Below are positions 14,001-27,278 of a stretch of DNA of 63,850 nucleotides, piece after piece; positions within the stretch are counted from its first letter, which is position 1, and each line of letters begins with the position of its first letter. Source of the DNA: Amoebophrya sp. A120. Its lineage: Eukaryota > Protista > Dinoflagellata. Where the stretch lies: NCBI GenBank assembly GCA_905178155.1, contig CAJINV010000002.1:7098893-7162742 (forward strand), read 5' to 3'. The notes below the pieces were generated by a model. The model was not told where the DNA came from. It saw only the letters and a program-made list of their open reading frames with translations, and did no database searches. The translations under genes and the position numbers were made by a program.

Positions 14001-16165
14001 GCATCGACCCGAACCGATTCGCAAACGGGAGCCAACAAGCCCGGTCGTTGTCGGAGCCGAAGCTGCGGACGGTTAACGCTCCTGGTTTAACAGCGTACAA
14101 GGACGACTTCGATCTGGATACGCTGCTGAACCGGTCACTACAGCCCAACCACGGAGGGCCGTTGCGGAACAGCGTGAAAGAGAAGCCACTAGGAGCGTAC
14201 AGCACTTTCAGCGGTACTGGTGGCGGGATGAACAAAACGGGAACTACACCTTCGACCGCCAGCCGCATTCCGAAAGAGAACCCGACGACGTGGGACGAAA
14301 AGCAGGACGCACTGCTGTTTCGGGAGCGCAGTTTGCGCAACCTCTACCTCGGGGACCAGTATTTGGAAAAATTGCAGGCGAAAATGCAGCAGAACGACCC
14401 AGACAGCGTGCTGACTGCAGCAGCTTTTAACCCACGACAGCATCAGAAAACCATGCACCAGCGGCAACTGGAGCATCACAAGCAGCTGAGCGCAGGGTTG
14501 GAGAAGATTTGGTCTCCGCACAAGCAAGCATTTCGCGACTACGATCCACAGGCGGAAAGGGATCATGATCGAAACAGCAGCAGGACACCTCCGCCGCTGA
14601 GTTCCAAGCGCTCCTCGCATCAAACAGCAGTAGAGCAGATGAATGCAGATCATGCACTATCTCTGAACGTCGCTAGCAGTACCGCATTGCGCTCTAAAGA
14701 TTTGTTCGGTGGCGCGCAAAGTAGAGACGAAGCCCGTGCGGTTCCGGATTACCCGGCTGTGCCCAGCGGAGGACGTGGCTTCTACAACAACTCCAGTGCG
14801 AGAAGTCCGTCTTCTACTGGACCCCCAGGAGCTGGACTTCGTGCATTAAAGATTCCTGCCGACATTTTGTTTCAAGGCGTGACCCCTCCAACCGCGTTGA
14901 AGCGAGACGTGGTGGTGTCGCCGCTGCGACTCCCGAGGAGAGGGGAAACAAGAAGTTCTGGCACGACGGCGGCGCAGCAAAATCAAAATGCGTACGACTT
15001 TCTGCAGCTGGAATCGAGATCGAAGGCCAGCATCGAGGACGCGTTGAACGTGAACCAATCCGGAATACAGTTCCTCGAACAGCTTGGACGACAGAAGCCG
15101 ACGGATCCGGTCTTGGATGTGCTCCGAGAGGAACCAGGGGCAGGGACGGTGACCACCAGAAGCGCGCTTGCGCTGAGCCGAACTCCAGGTCGTGGTCAGG
15201 GAGGCGGCGCAGCAACCGTCTCGTCCTTCTACTCGCCGAGCAAGTTGACGGAAATCGAGCATTTGCTGAACACGGCCACGTCGAAAAAGTCAGTTTCGAT
15301 TGCGTCTCCGTCACCAGATCATTATGGTGTTATGAGGACGAACGTAAAAATCGAAACAAACTCAGACGCAGCGGCAGTTTTGTCCTCAACGTCGCCCTGG
15401 AACAAAGAGTCTTCGCTTGGTGTTGAGTTCGCAACGCGAGACAAGCTGGATTCCATCGAGAAGTCTGCTTTGTCCGCAATTCAGGAGAAGCAGCCGACTT
15501 TTGCCTACTACAAGGAACTGGAGAGGAAAGAACGGGTATTGACTACACTAGGACACCGAGGAACTACTTCGGAAGTAGAACTCGACGCAAGTGGTCGTGC
15601 AATCGCGACCTCTGGTGTGATCATGGGCAATATGGATGAGAAAGCAGAAGCACAGGAAATTATCCGTTCGAGCAATTCGAGCAGTGGCAGTGCCTCGAGC
15701 AGTGCCAGCGGAGGCGCGAGCGCGATTTGGACGAAGATCAATAGGAATAGCGACGTAGAGGTTCAGAAATCCTCGGCTTCAGGATCTTCTTCCGCCGAAA
15801 GCGTAAAGCCAGATCATGGTAGAAATGCTGCTTTTCCTGTACTGGGTTCAGAACGACGAACGCCTCCTGTGGTTCCCCTCCTTGGTCCCCCAAGTACTAG
15901 TAGCATCGGTGCTCCTGCTACACCTACAACCGCAGATGTCTTGCCAGGAGCTAGTATCGCTATCGGAGGCGTTCCGCAGCAGCACCAGGCGCAGCGTACC
16001 GCAGAGGTGGAAGCCACGACGAGCGGCGCAGCCACATCTGTGGTTGACCCGAGCCCTGTGCCACTGCGAGCGCCGTCGCCGTTTCTAGCGAAATTGCAGG
16101 AAGAACGGTTGAAGAGGCACGAATGGAAAAAAGCGCAGCTGGAAAACTTGAGAGCGAGCTTTTGA
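11061..16165 (+). CDS. Large S/R/G-rich hypothetical protein (3 exons)
   Basis: Frame-consistent GT-AG introns 12266-12408 and 13629-13775 link ORFs 11061, 12686 and 13649. Short coiled-coil patches. Confidence 0.8.
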
Positions 16166-16733
16166 TTTTGAACACTGGTTGGCGCAGCTAATGTGTAGAA
16201 AAAAATCGAGCGAGGTTTTCTCAACAAGAGACACTTTAAGGTGAAGGGAGATCTTCAGTTCTTGAAAGTAAGGCCTGGTAGTAAGTGCAAAAAGATCGAT
16301 GCACTACTTTTTTAAACCGGACGTAAAGAGTTACGTGGTGGCGGTTCGTTCGGCGAAAGCTCTGCGCCGACGTCGCTTGTCCGTACATTTCATCAATTGT
16401 GTCTGTTTTTCGCGTGTAACCGCACTACGTTTAGTTTCAGTGTGGATATTTTGCGTGAGCACGCAGTGAGAAAAGAGCGTGCAGCGGAAAAAAATGATCC
16501 CTCTTTTACGTCTTTCTATGATCAATTTGTTTTGAATACTACAGAACTTTCGTCCTCCGAGGAGCTTGTTCCTGTTCATTAAAGAGCTGTGAGATCCGTC
16601 TTGTGACTTCTGGGATTCGTCTTTTCGTTAGGATAAGCTATCAACGCGGTGGGCGCGTGGTCGAAGCTAGCGGGTGGATGAAAAATCTTCGCAGCACACC
16701 GGCCGACGCACCGCAATCACAAGTAGAACGCGC

Positions 16734-17919
16734 ATGGTGAAAGCTTTTTGTATATTTTCCGTTCTCTGGACGCACGTAATTCTGCTTTCTTGCAGTATTG
16801 AATCTTCCGTCGCCGGCCGTCTGCGAGAAAGCCGCATTAGATCTGAACGGAGCTTCCTGAACCCGACGCAAACAAGAAACGCAAACGAGTTGGACAAATT
16901 CGACAACTTAAATAACTTTGACTTTGATTCCACCGCGGCTGCAACTGCTGCAAAATTCTCGACTATATCTTCCCAACAGGACCAGGACCAGGAGCAGCTG
17001 CGCGACTACAAGCCCAAACTTGCTAGAAATCGAAGTTTTTCCAGCTCTTTGTCTTTCGAGGAAGAAAGCACTGCTAAGGACGATAGCGAGTCCGTCAGCC
17101 AGCTACTATTCCCGTTGTTGTTTTCGACGAGTCCTCCTTCTACCTCTCCACCTACAAGTATAAGTAAAAAGATCAAGACGATGCAGCGCGCACACATTTT
17201 TGTCACGGGAAAAGTCCAGGGGGTGTACTACCGAGACTCAACCAAGAAAAAGGCTGAGTTGCTCGGACTGGTAGGCGCCGCGTGGAATTTGAAAGACGGA
17301 AGAGTAGAAATCATCGCGGAGGGGACGAAGGTACAAACAACGTCAACGCTATAGCTAATATACAACTGATAGCGGTGGACTGCGTGTATGTAAGTACTTT
17401 CTTTGCAACTGGTAGTGGTACTTCTAGACCTACTTTTTACATACGTAGATTTTGATTTTGTGACAGCCAAGGACTGGTAGCACTCCGGTGTTACTTTTCC
17501 GCGGCAACTCCCCAGTCTTGGCTGTTCGACATCAAAACGGATGCTTTTTGGTCAAGGACTGGTAGCATATTGTTGAGACACAGTGTGCTAGCCACTTACT
17601 CTCAGGAACTCAATTAGCACGTACAACAGTCACTCGCTCGCCTAAAGAAGCGAGCACACAATTGATTTTGTGACTCATAGATAGAGAATTGCCGCTCGTC
17701 GGATTCAAATTCTGCTGACGCACATCAATCACAATCTATGTCTATCAGGACAAGCTTGACGAGCTGGAGCGCTGGTGCCATCTGGGACCCGAAGGAGCCA
17801 AGGAAGTTGGTCTCGACAACGATTTGACGGCAAAGCGAAAGGTTGATTCGGTCGAGATAACCTTTGAAGCAGCGAAGGGGGATCTGGGGAGGAAGTTCAA
17901 GAACGGTGGGTCCAAGTAG
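16734..17919 (+). CDS. Acylphosphatase, possibly with an N-terminal signal-peptide extension
   Basis: Signature VTGKVQGVYYR...WNLKDGRVEIIAEG. GT-AG intron 17331-17748, then exon DKLDELERWCHLGP...KVDSVEI to TAG 17917-17919. In-frame ATGs at 16734 and 17181. Confidence 0.88.
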
Positions 17920-18623
17920 TAGCTGGAGGAGGTGTTGGGCCGAGCAGGAGTGGACACTGAGCCACGACTGATGGTGATGTCCGTGTTTTTTTTTGGTGTG
18001 TTGCAGTGGAAGTACCTGCAGCACTGATGTGTCTGTGTGTCCTTGGTGAATTTGCAGGGACTTGGAAAGAAAAAGAATTGCAAATTATGCAACTGAGCTA
18101 AGGTACTCTGTTTCTGCTTGATTTTCCTTTTACCGGCTGAGAGAACGTTGAAGTCGTGGAGAACAAACTTTATCATCGACGCGGAATGTGAACAACTTCC
18201 GCGGAATAGTGCATTTAATGACCGATTCCGATTGTGGTGCGAACTCAGAGCAATTCCACCACATTGAAGACAGAGGTGAAGAAGGAGGACCCCCCGAGAA
18301 CTAAGGTCCTCCGAGTAGGCCTACAGGACCTGGCTGCGAATGCGATTTCAGTGGGTCAGCCGCTAAAAGTGTGCACCCGGGAACTTTGTTATTTAGTCCT
18401 AGTGAATGAGAATACATATACAAAGAAAGGCAGGTAAAAAATCAGAGTTCGATAAGATCAATATGCACACAAAATAAGAGCGTGGTCGGCGTCCAAAATA
18501 CAAATAGTCCATGTCATGCAGGTAATATGAGAGGAGCAGAATCTAGCTCCATCTCCATGCGAAGCAGTCCATTCGCCAGTTCGCGCTTGCTCTAGCTTTC
18601 ATCTACGAAAAAAAAAACGCAAG

Positions 18624-19805
18624 ATGGCCCGATCTTCCTCCGGGACTAGCCCAGCTCGCAGCTCCGGCCGGAACTCCACCACCGCCAGTCGTCGCCGCAG
18701 TTCTTCCAGAAAACCAACCGCGGGGCCTTCATCTGCCTTAACACCTAAATCGCGCTTGACAGCCACGGCCTCATCACCCACCACCAACACAGGCAGCAAA
18801 AATAAATCCCTGGTCCACATCTTCTTCGAATCCTTTTGGGGCACGGTCGTGGATTTTCTCGGGTTCAACCTCGGTCCGGGGTTCATCATGATCCGCATGT
18901 GCCACATTGTGAACGCCTTCAAGGGGGCCACGCTTCCCTTCTGCATCTTCCTCATGCACTATCCAGGAAAATAAAACACCCATCCCCATCCATTTTTTGC
19001 ATGACAAATGTTGCTTTTGATGCGTGTTTTGCATAACAAATTGGATGGGGATGGGTGTTTTTTCCTGGATATGTACCACTTCGACAATTTTTCCGCCCCC
19101 TGCCTCACCTACACAGCGCTCCACGGTAGCTACGGCGTTTTATGGGTTTTGAAAGAGCACTGGTGCCCTGACAGACGATTTCACGAGCGCGTCCCGCTAG
19201 GCTCAGCGCTCGCCGCGGCGGTCTTTTGCGGTCTGTATTGGCTGGCACCGGTTTTGCTTATTTCGAAGTACGAGTACAGAAGCGCCGGTACTAGCACAGG
19301 CACAGGCTACGACTACTTCAACATGTTCTCTGGTAGCATTACTTCCGCGGCCTACCCTATCGAGGTTTCACCGGTGCGGCAGGCAGTCTGTACCTTCGTC
19401 TACGTCATTGGCGTGGTCATGATGTTGGTTGCGGACACACACAAATTCATCGCGTTGGAAATGTACTACAAAGGTGGAAGCAAGATGGTGGACAAACATG
19501 AAGTTGACCACGACACGGAGATCAACGAGAAGAAAAAGACTGCACCGCTTCTCATCCAAGACGGCATCTTCTCCAACAACCGAAATCCAAACTACCTCGG
19601 CGAGATGCTCCTCTACGGCTCGTTTGCGGGGCTGGTTCCGAACAGCGACATACCGAAGTACGTTCTCGCGTTTGCCTGGGGGGCTCTGTTCACGGTGAAT
19701 ATTTACAAGAAGGAGTCAAGTTTGATGCGAAAGCCTGGATATGAGGCGTACGCAAAGAGAAGTTGGATCATCTTGCCAAAGCCTAAAAATTTCTTGCTCA
19801 GATGA
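18624..19805 (+). CDS. DUF1295 / steroid 5-alpha-reductase-like (ICMT-fold) membrane protein
   Basis: Motifs HIVNAFKG, YTALHGSYGVLWVLK, ADTHKF, LIQDGIFSNNRNPNYLGEMLLYGSF, YEAYAKRS. Two same-frame ORFs separated by a 117-nt TIR insertion containing a stop. Confidence 0.85.
18960..19071. mobile_element. Introner (non-canonical TIR intron)
   Basis: TATCCAGGAAA..AACACCCATCCCCATCCA / TGGATGGGGATGGGTGTTTTTTCCTGGATA. Flanks TGCAC (18955-59) / TGTAC (19072-76). Removing 117 nt restores the frame. Confidence 0.9.
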
Positions 19806-20584
19806 TTTCCGCCGTCGTGATCGGCGAAATTGAGCTTGACACTCGGCCAAAAAATCAAAATTGTTGTCCATTATGGCATGAAGTACTACTAGTCAATAAT
19901 TACAGAAATGAAGAATTCAGCACAGAGCCACGTCTCGGAATTTCTCAGTCGGTAGGCCTTTTCTTTCTTGTGTTCCCGTTGAGCGGTCCATTGGCGTACG
20001 GACGACAAATTGGCGATCTTGACAAGCATACAGAAAAACGGCTGTGATTTTTATCAGGGTCAAGGAAGTAAACTTTGCGCTTCAGGTCTCACATAAGAGC
20101 TCGAGCAACACAGTAAAATGACGTAATAATTGATGTACTAGCAAGTGCCAAGCCTTGATGTTTCACGTGCGCGCGCATGATTGAAATAATTATCTGACGA
20201 CATGAATTATTAATATGAGACTTCGCTTTATACTTTTTTCGAAGTGTAAATGACCCGCTTTTACCTTTGCACGCTTTACTGGTGATCTGTATTTTGCTTT
20301 TTCGCACGACCTCCTGTGTCTAAACACGCGCTTCCTGGTGTAAACAAAGAAAAATTGTAGTTGTGCGCAAATTTTTCAATTTTGAACTTGGGTTCCTCCT
20401 GTCGAGGGACGAAGCTATGATGGAAAAAGATTCGTTGATTATGGCTGGCCCTTATTTGCAGTGTCATTGGCCGATGCATATCTAGTTCCAAGAACAGGAA
20501 CCGTGTGTCTTATACAAACTTTTTTTTCCACCACGTCCACCTTGTTGTTGACTTCGACGCAGTAAAAAAGTGCACCTGAAAGTC

Positions 20585-23033
20585 ATGTCGGCACCTCCTC
20601 CCGCCCAACCGTCTGCCGACGACGTAGCGTCGGACAACGATTCTGATCGCAGTTACGATTGGGACGCCGAAGAGGAGCAGTCCATGCGGCAACTCGATGC
20701 TCTCATTTCTGCCGCAAACGCGAACAACACGGAAAACCAGCATAACAAAACCCCACCACCTAATACGGAGGAGCAAGATAGTGATGATGCCGCCTGGTAC
20801 CGATCCTCGAAAACGGGCGCAGACGCAGAACATGCAGCGGAGGACGAAGGGATCAACATGAATGTTGACCAAACTACTGACAAGTTATCCGGGAAAAAAC
20901 CACCTGCAAAGGCTGAGGGCGAAAACGCGTTTAGCCCGACGTCGTCCCTCCATGTCGTGCAGACCTGTGGTGCGACGGAATTGATTCCGACGCTAACGAC
21001 GGAGGTGATTTCCCGTGGCACCTCCGGTCCTGAGGAACAAAAGGCGATCCGGGAGGCGACGCTGGCCAGGTTGGGGATACAGCCGAATCTAATCGCGCAG
21101 AGCTCGCCTTTAGAAGACGAGGACGGGAAGCAATCCTCGGTCTCCGCGACGGCCGGATCAGCGTCCACGGCCTACCAAAACCAAACCACGCTGTTAAGCA
21201 ACGGTAGATGAAGTTGATACTGCTTATTGTGATGTCAAAGTCTGTAATTACATTTCAATTTTTTGATGGTTAGATTCATTTGTACTGCAAAAAAAAAAGA
21301 AAAACGCTGTGCGTACTGTAGCAAGTCAAGTGCTTCAACATTTTCTTTTTCATCTATCAAAAAAACCCCAAGGGAACGCGCTAGAGCTTGAGGAAGATGC
21401 GAGACGCTCGTAGCGTCCAAATAATTTTCCACCGTGTGATGATCTATCAAAAAAAACATACTATATCATCAAAACAGCCTCCGGTGGTACTGGTGGCGCC
21501 CACCAGCGGTACCTTCCTTCTGGCCGCGGTTCCGCCGGGAGTGATTCGTATTTCGAACAGTACACCCAGTTCACCTCTGGCGGCGATTTGCTCGCGTACA
21601 GCAATTATCACGAGAGCAACCAGCTCGATTCTGAGGGCATTTCCCCGCCGTCGGCAGGGGGAAGTGGACTGGAATTTCGCAACAGCTTCACGGGTGGAGG
21701 ACTGAGTTCAACCGGCTCCACCGGGAAGAAGATGAAGAAAATCCCGCTTGGATCTTCGTCTTTGATACAACAACCTGATGGCGCTGCCTCTGGAGTCGTG
21801 GTAAACACGATGAACCGCGACCCGTCCTTTTCCGATGGGAAATACCTGGTCAACAACTGTCTCGCGCAGCTACCGGCCCCGCGGTCTCGACAAGGCAGTC
21901 GCGAGCACAGCAGTAGTAGCGTCGTGGGCACGGGGAAGGAGCTGCACCAGAGGCTGCAGCTGGCTTTGTTGCAGGAACGGGAAGAGGACGACTCCGGGAC
22001 GGTCACGGGAGGCCTGTCCTACGAGCAACTGGCGGAGTTGCAAGGTTTGTCGCCGAACACTGTTGACCGCGCCGGAGTGGGGAAGAAGACTGGCAATATC
22101 AATCACATCACAACAACGAATGGCGAGGCCAAAGGACGAGAACCGCCGGGCAGTTCTGGTGCCTACAGCAATGACAACGGCAGGATGGCGCCGTCTTGCA
22201 CACCGCAGAACAACAAGACTGGCGGCTCTGGTATCTCCGGCGCTTCATCATCGAGCTCGACCTTGGGAGATTTGGAGGAAGGGGTACGGGATATGAAGAA
22301 CATCCGAGCCTCCGGGATGTTGAACCGCGCGGTCTTGGATGACATCTCCCCAATGCGAGGAGGCGGAGGTGGATCTTCTTCCTCAAAACCAAACTCGAAA
22401 AAAACGAAGGCCTACACCCACCCGGAAGTGCATAACTACAGCCTGCAGAGGCCACCGCTGCACGCAGACCCGACGCCGGAGCCGCACGCCTTGCCGCTGC
22501 TGAAATCAACCATCGTGCACGGCGGGAACAAGAGCGCGTCCAGCTCTCCGGGCAGCTCGCCGAAAAACCCGCAGGCGGAACAGGCGAAGGAGGACGGCGG
22601 GCCGAAGTTGGCGAGCACCATGAAGTACATGTACGGCGAGATCATCGAGGACATGTTTCAAGGATCCAGCAGCTCAGACGCGGAGGGAGGTACTGCAAGT
22701 AACAAGAACGACGCTGGCACAAAATCAGAATCTTCGGAACATGTTGACTCAAAATCTTCCAGCAAAGTGACGATCAACGAAGCGGCGAATACGCAGCACA
22801 ACGGATCAACGGCTGCGTCCTCGCGGGTCAGAGACACTGAGGTTGAGGCCTTGGCGCAGGAAGGGCGAAATGCGGTCCGACTGCGTAGGGTTTTAGCCGG
22901 CGAGGATGCGGCGGAAATGCTTCGGCACGCGGATTTGATGACACTAAACTCTGTTGCGAGGGATTGTTACAAAGCGGTGCGAACATTGGAGTACGTCACG
23001 AAACGGCAGCAGGAATTGATGCGGGAAGGGTGA
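20585..23033 (+). CDS. Hypothetical low-complexity protein with a C-terminal helical region (2+ exons)
   Basis: GT-AG intron 21204-21477 joins the frames of ORFs 20570 and 21588. The 3' end may continue from a GTGAG donor at 23030. Confidence 0.7.
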
Positions 23034-25717
23034 GGAGGACAGAGGTGTAAGAAAATTGAAACTTCTTGAGGGGAGATTGAGAAAAGTAAACCCTACTGAC
23101 ATCTTTGAAAGACGCGCTTTTTTTCCATCGATCGCCCAATGGCAATGCCACCCATCATGTGTGGCCGAAATAACAGACATGGGCTCTGCGATTTATAATC
23201 GCCTACTGGCTACTTCTCTGCGTCTGCCGAAAAAGAGCCGACTGCCGACGTGTTTCTTTTCGCATCGTCCTTCTGTCCGCACCGCGGCGGTCATTTTTGT
23301 CGCCGGTCGGTTGAGGTTGTTCGCAGGGATCTCCCAGATCATTAGCTCCGGTCTCTTCCTTGCTTGTCGTTGTTGGCATATTCGAGGCGGCCAAACCCAG
23401 AGCCAGAGTGGGCAACTTGGCCGGCGCCGTTCGTGGTCTGGTGCGGGCCTCCTCTGGCCCCTTTCGTTGTTGGCTTCGCTTTTGCCGCCGACGCCTTGTT
23501 CCCGTGCGTTGTATTGTCTTCCGCTCCCCGTGCCCTGGGCGCCCGCCCCTCCAGTTGCTAGCGGGAAGCCCGGGGGCGAGTTCGGAACGCAGCGCGGCGC
23601 CGCTCCTCTCGGCACCCAATACACCGTAGCGCGAGCGTTGAGTGGTGGCGCCCAGTATGGGCGTGGGCACGGCCCGAGCGCCCTGCCGCAGTGGCGCGCC
23701 CGTCCGTGCCCCCTCTCTCTGGGGGACAAACGGGGCCAAAAATTGCTGCAGGGGGGCGGGAGGGCCAGACGTTGCCGGGCAGCGAAGTGGGCCGGTGGTA
23801 TTTCCAAGCCAAAATAAACGAAAAGCGAACCCGCATGGCATGGACGACGATGAAAGACATGAGGTGGCGCGCGGTTTCGTTTTTGGAGGAAGCAGGGCGC
23901 CGGGCAGCGAAGTGGGCCGGTGGCGCTCGCGCCAGGCCGCCCGCGGTCCCTTCGCCTCGCGAGCGCTGTGGGTTGCTTGTTGCCCGGGCCCCGCTGTCGC
24001 CCCCTCCCCCGGCGGCTGTTGGAGGCAGGAGGCGCGCGCGACTTGGAGAGGGGGTATTGGGAGGCCGCCCCGCGCCCGAAACTAACAATCTAAACCTCCG
24101 CGGCGGCCGTCCGCCGGCATTGATTTTGTTGGGGGGGCTCGCTGACGCCATGCGGCACCGATCGAACCCATGCCAGCTAGCTTTCGAAGGCCAGCGCCCG
24201 AGTTCCAAAGCGGGAAGGCTCCGACCTCGGGCGTAGTTGTGCACGCGCACCGACTTGCGAACCGGCGCAGCGCGATCCAGAAGAAAAACGGGCGGCCCAG
24301 TTTTGCCTTGTGTCGCCCTAGTTGGCTTCTCATTTGATGAAGGAGGGGGGGGCTTGCTCCCCATTTGAGCTTGGTGGTCGCGTCGCTCGGAAGGCGCGTC
24401 GCCGCGGTCGCGTCCAAGTTAATAAATATGGCGGAAGGCGCGCCGTGGTAGGCTGCCGCGCTCTTTGCGTGCCGGCGTTAACCAAGAGAAGAGCTTTGCC
24501 CGTCGTTTCAACTCAGCTCAGGCGCGGCGTCGCAGATGGCCAAACCATGAGACGCGGGCGCCAGCCTCCTTGCCATCCCGGCGCGCGTTGCGAAACCAAC
24601 CGACCAGGCCGGCCCGCTGGTGGGCCCGCCTGTTGGTTCAAGGAAGCAAGCCCCCGCCCGCAGCCCGGCGCGCCCGGGGGCGGCCGGCGCCTGTGCCCCG
24701 GGCGGTTGCACCTTGGCGCAGGACCGGCGGGCGCCCCGCCCTCCCTGACGCTGGACCACGATGGCAGTCGTTCCGGCCGCCGCACGCCGCAGATTCGGAT
24801 GGCTTTTTGGGAGCAGGGCACCGGCGCGGGGTGTTGTGCGCGTTTGTTTCGTATCCACTGCGGCAAAAGGGCGGGGCCCGCCGGGTTTCGCACCGACGGG
24901 CCAACCCCCGGCCGGGCGCCCGGCAGCAAGCAAGGCAAACCCGGGAGGCAGGTCCGCCGGGGTGGGGCTCGGTGGTTGCTTGGGGGGGGCGTGTTTCCGT
25001 GTTTCCTTCTCTCCGTGGATGGGCCGGGCGGGGTGTTTCGGAGTCAGTCGGAGGACCCCGGGGCCATTGCGGGCGCTAAAAAAGTGCTAAATTTTGCGCG
25101 ATTTTTAAAAAACCCGGAAGCCGGCGCGTGATGAAGGGCGCCGCCTTTTCCAGGCCGGCCCCGTTTTGGCATTGGTGGCGGGCGGTTGCCTGCCCCGCCC
25201 CGGTAGCTGCGCGCAGTGGGCCCGCGTAATATTTCGCGCGCCCTCGGGCCGCCTCCCCTCCACCTTCGAGAGGTTTCGCGCGGGGCCGCGTTGGTTTTCG
25301 GGTTTCGTTGAATTTCCGCAGCCGCGAAATCCTTGTGTTGTCCGTTTTCCTTTGTGGGCCACCGGGGCGCCCGGCCTTGGCAACCACCATGCCGGCGGGC
25401 GGCCCAGCGAGCGCGGCCCCCCGAGTCTTTCCCGGCTCGGGTCCGATGGGTGCCCGATGTCGGTAGGAGGTCGCTCTGCCCTTGGTATTTGTTGTGTCCG
25501 GGCGCCGGGGATGTTTCGGCCCTTTGTTTAGCAGAAGGCGCGCGACCAGGGTCGCGCAAAAGGTCCGGGCGCAACCATTTTCGCATCCTTCGCGAATTGC
25601 TAAAATGCCCGCTAAATCCGGGCCACAGGCGTTCTGGGAAGGATTTTGCGTTTTCGCCAGTTTTGAAGAACGTTCCGGGCCCTTCGCGGACCGTGCAGCC
25701 GCCCTTTTCCAGCAGAA

Positions 25718-25880
25718 ATTTAGCAGGGTTTTTAGCAGGCATTTTTAGCACCCAAATTTAGCAGGATTTTTAGCAGGGATTTTTAGCACCCAAATTTAGC
25801 AGGTTTTTTAGCAGAATATTTACCACCCCAAAAATAGCAGCATACTTAGCAGCAAAAATAGCAGGAATTTTAGCAGGTCC
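25718..25880. repeat. TTTAGCAGG-type minisatellite
   Basis: More than ten degenerate TTTAGCA(G/C) units at ~11-13 bp spacing. Confidence 0.85.
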
Positions 25881-27278
25881 TAAAATTTGCCGCGTATTCG
25901 GGACCTCGCCGTCGTGTTGTCTGCAGTGATCGAAAGAATGCCGGCTGAGGTTTTGCATCGGGGGCGTGGTTCCTTAATGAAAAAGGGGCGAGCCGGCTCC
26001 TTTGATTTTGGGGCCGCGGCAGTGGGTTATCTGGCTCGGGCCGCGGGGTGTGTCGTTCCTTGTGTTGCGCACCCAGTGCCGAAACCTGGCGCCCCACCGC
26101 GCCCCCGTCGGGCCGCCTCTGTTGCCGCCCTAGCGCCGTTCCTTGGGAAGGTTTCTGGCTTGGCACTTTGAAAAAATAAGAAAAAAAATAGCGCGAATTT
26201 AGCAGGTCCAACCGCCCCGGGCCCTCCGATTGATCGGAGCCACAGGAGGCGCGACGCCCCTGGTGTCGCCTGCGTGCCCTGTATCGTTTTTGGGGCGACG
26301 AGCCGCTTGGCGTCTGCCTGTTAGTAAGCTGGCGGCAGGGTTGCCCCAGGCTGGAAGCCGCCCGGCAGGCCCCCCTGCCCCTCGTCCTCCGCCCTTGTCG
26401 TATTCTTTACTACCATTAGCTATTTTGCGGATTGGTAGAAGGAGCGCAGGTCGGTGAGTTGTATGCTTAGCCCGCTCGTCGCTGGGTGCCGCTGCCGTGT
26501 ATCTATGTTTGTTAGGTGCAGTTGCGGCGTGCGCCAGCTCCCCCGCAACCTACCTTGGGCCGGGCTCCCGAGTTGTTAGTTTCCGTGGGAATTGCAGCAA
26601 GGAGATGGGTTCGATAGATTTGTGGTCCTTTTTGGCGCGCTCCTGTTCCTGCTCTTCTTTCTCTTTGGGCGTCCCCTCGTGTTGTTGTATTTCGTGTCTG
26701 TGTCATCGCATCGTCCTCGAGCTCGACAACCGGCGCGCGCATCCGTGGTGAGGCGTGAGGTTCGGTCGCGATCACGTATTTGACGCAAATATCAGCGTCG
26801 CGAGCCTATACTTGTTCCTGTTCGTACTAGACAGACGAAGAGAGCAGCAGATCAAGCTTGACGGCCACGGAAAAATAACGCGATCGCGAAAACCTTCCGC
26901 TTGAGCTTGGCGAGTTTTCTTCTCATATTTCGAGAGCAAGGTGTGGCCACGTGAGGTGAGCGCGAGGATCTGGGCATTGAGGCGGGTGGCTCTTTTTCAT
27001 CGGGTTGTTGTCGTGATCGTGCCTCGTCGTCATACTCACATTGCAATCAGCTTCCGTAGGTCGTGTGTTTCGATCTGGAGCAGCGGCCAGGAACTAAAGA
27101 ATATCGAAAGCGTGTGCTGCAGTGACGATTTTTAGAATTCAATGACGTTTTGGCTTCCAACATTTCGTTCTACTTTTGTCGAGATGTGAGCGCTATTAGC
27201 AAGCGGCCAACTGATCACTTATTTCGTTTTCCTCTCCTGTTCGTCCGTTCTCTCGAGTCGCAATCCCGATCTACTGTC

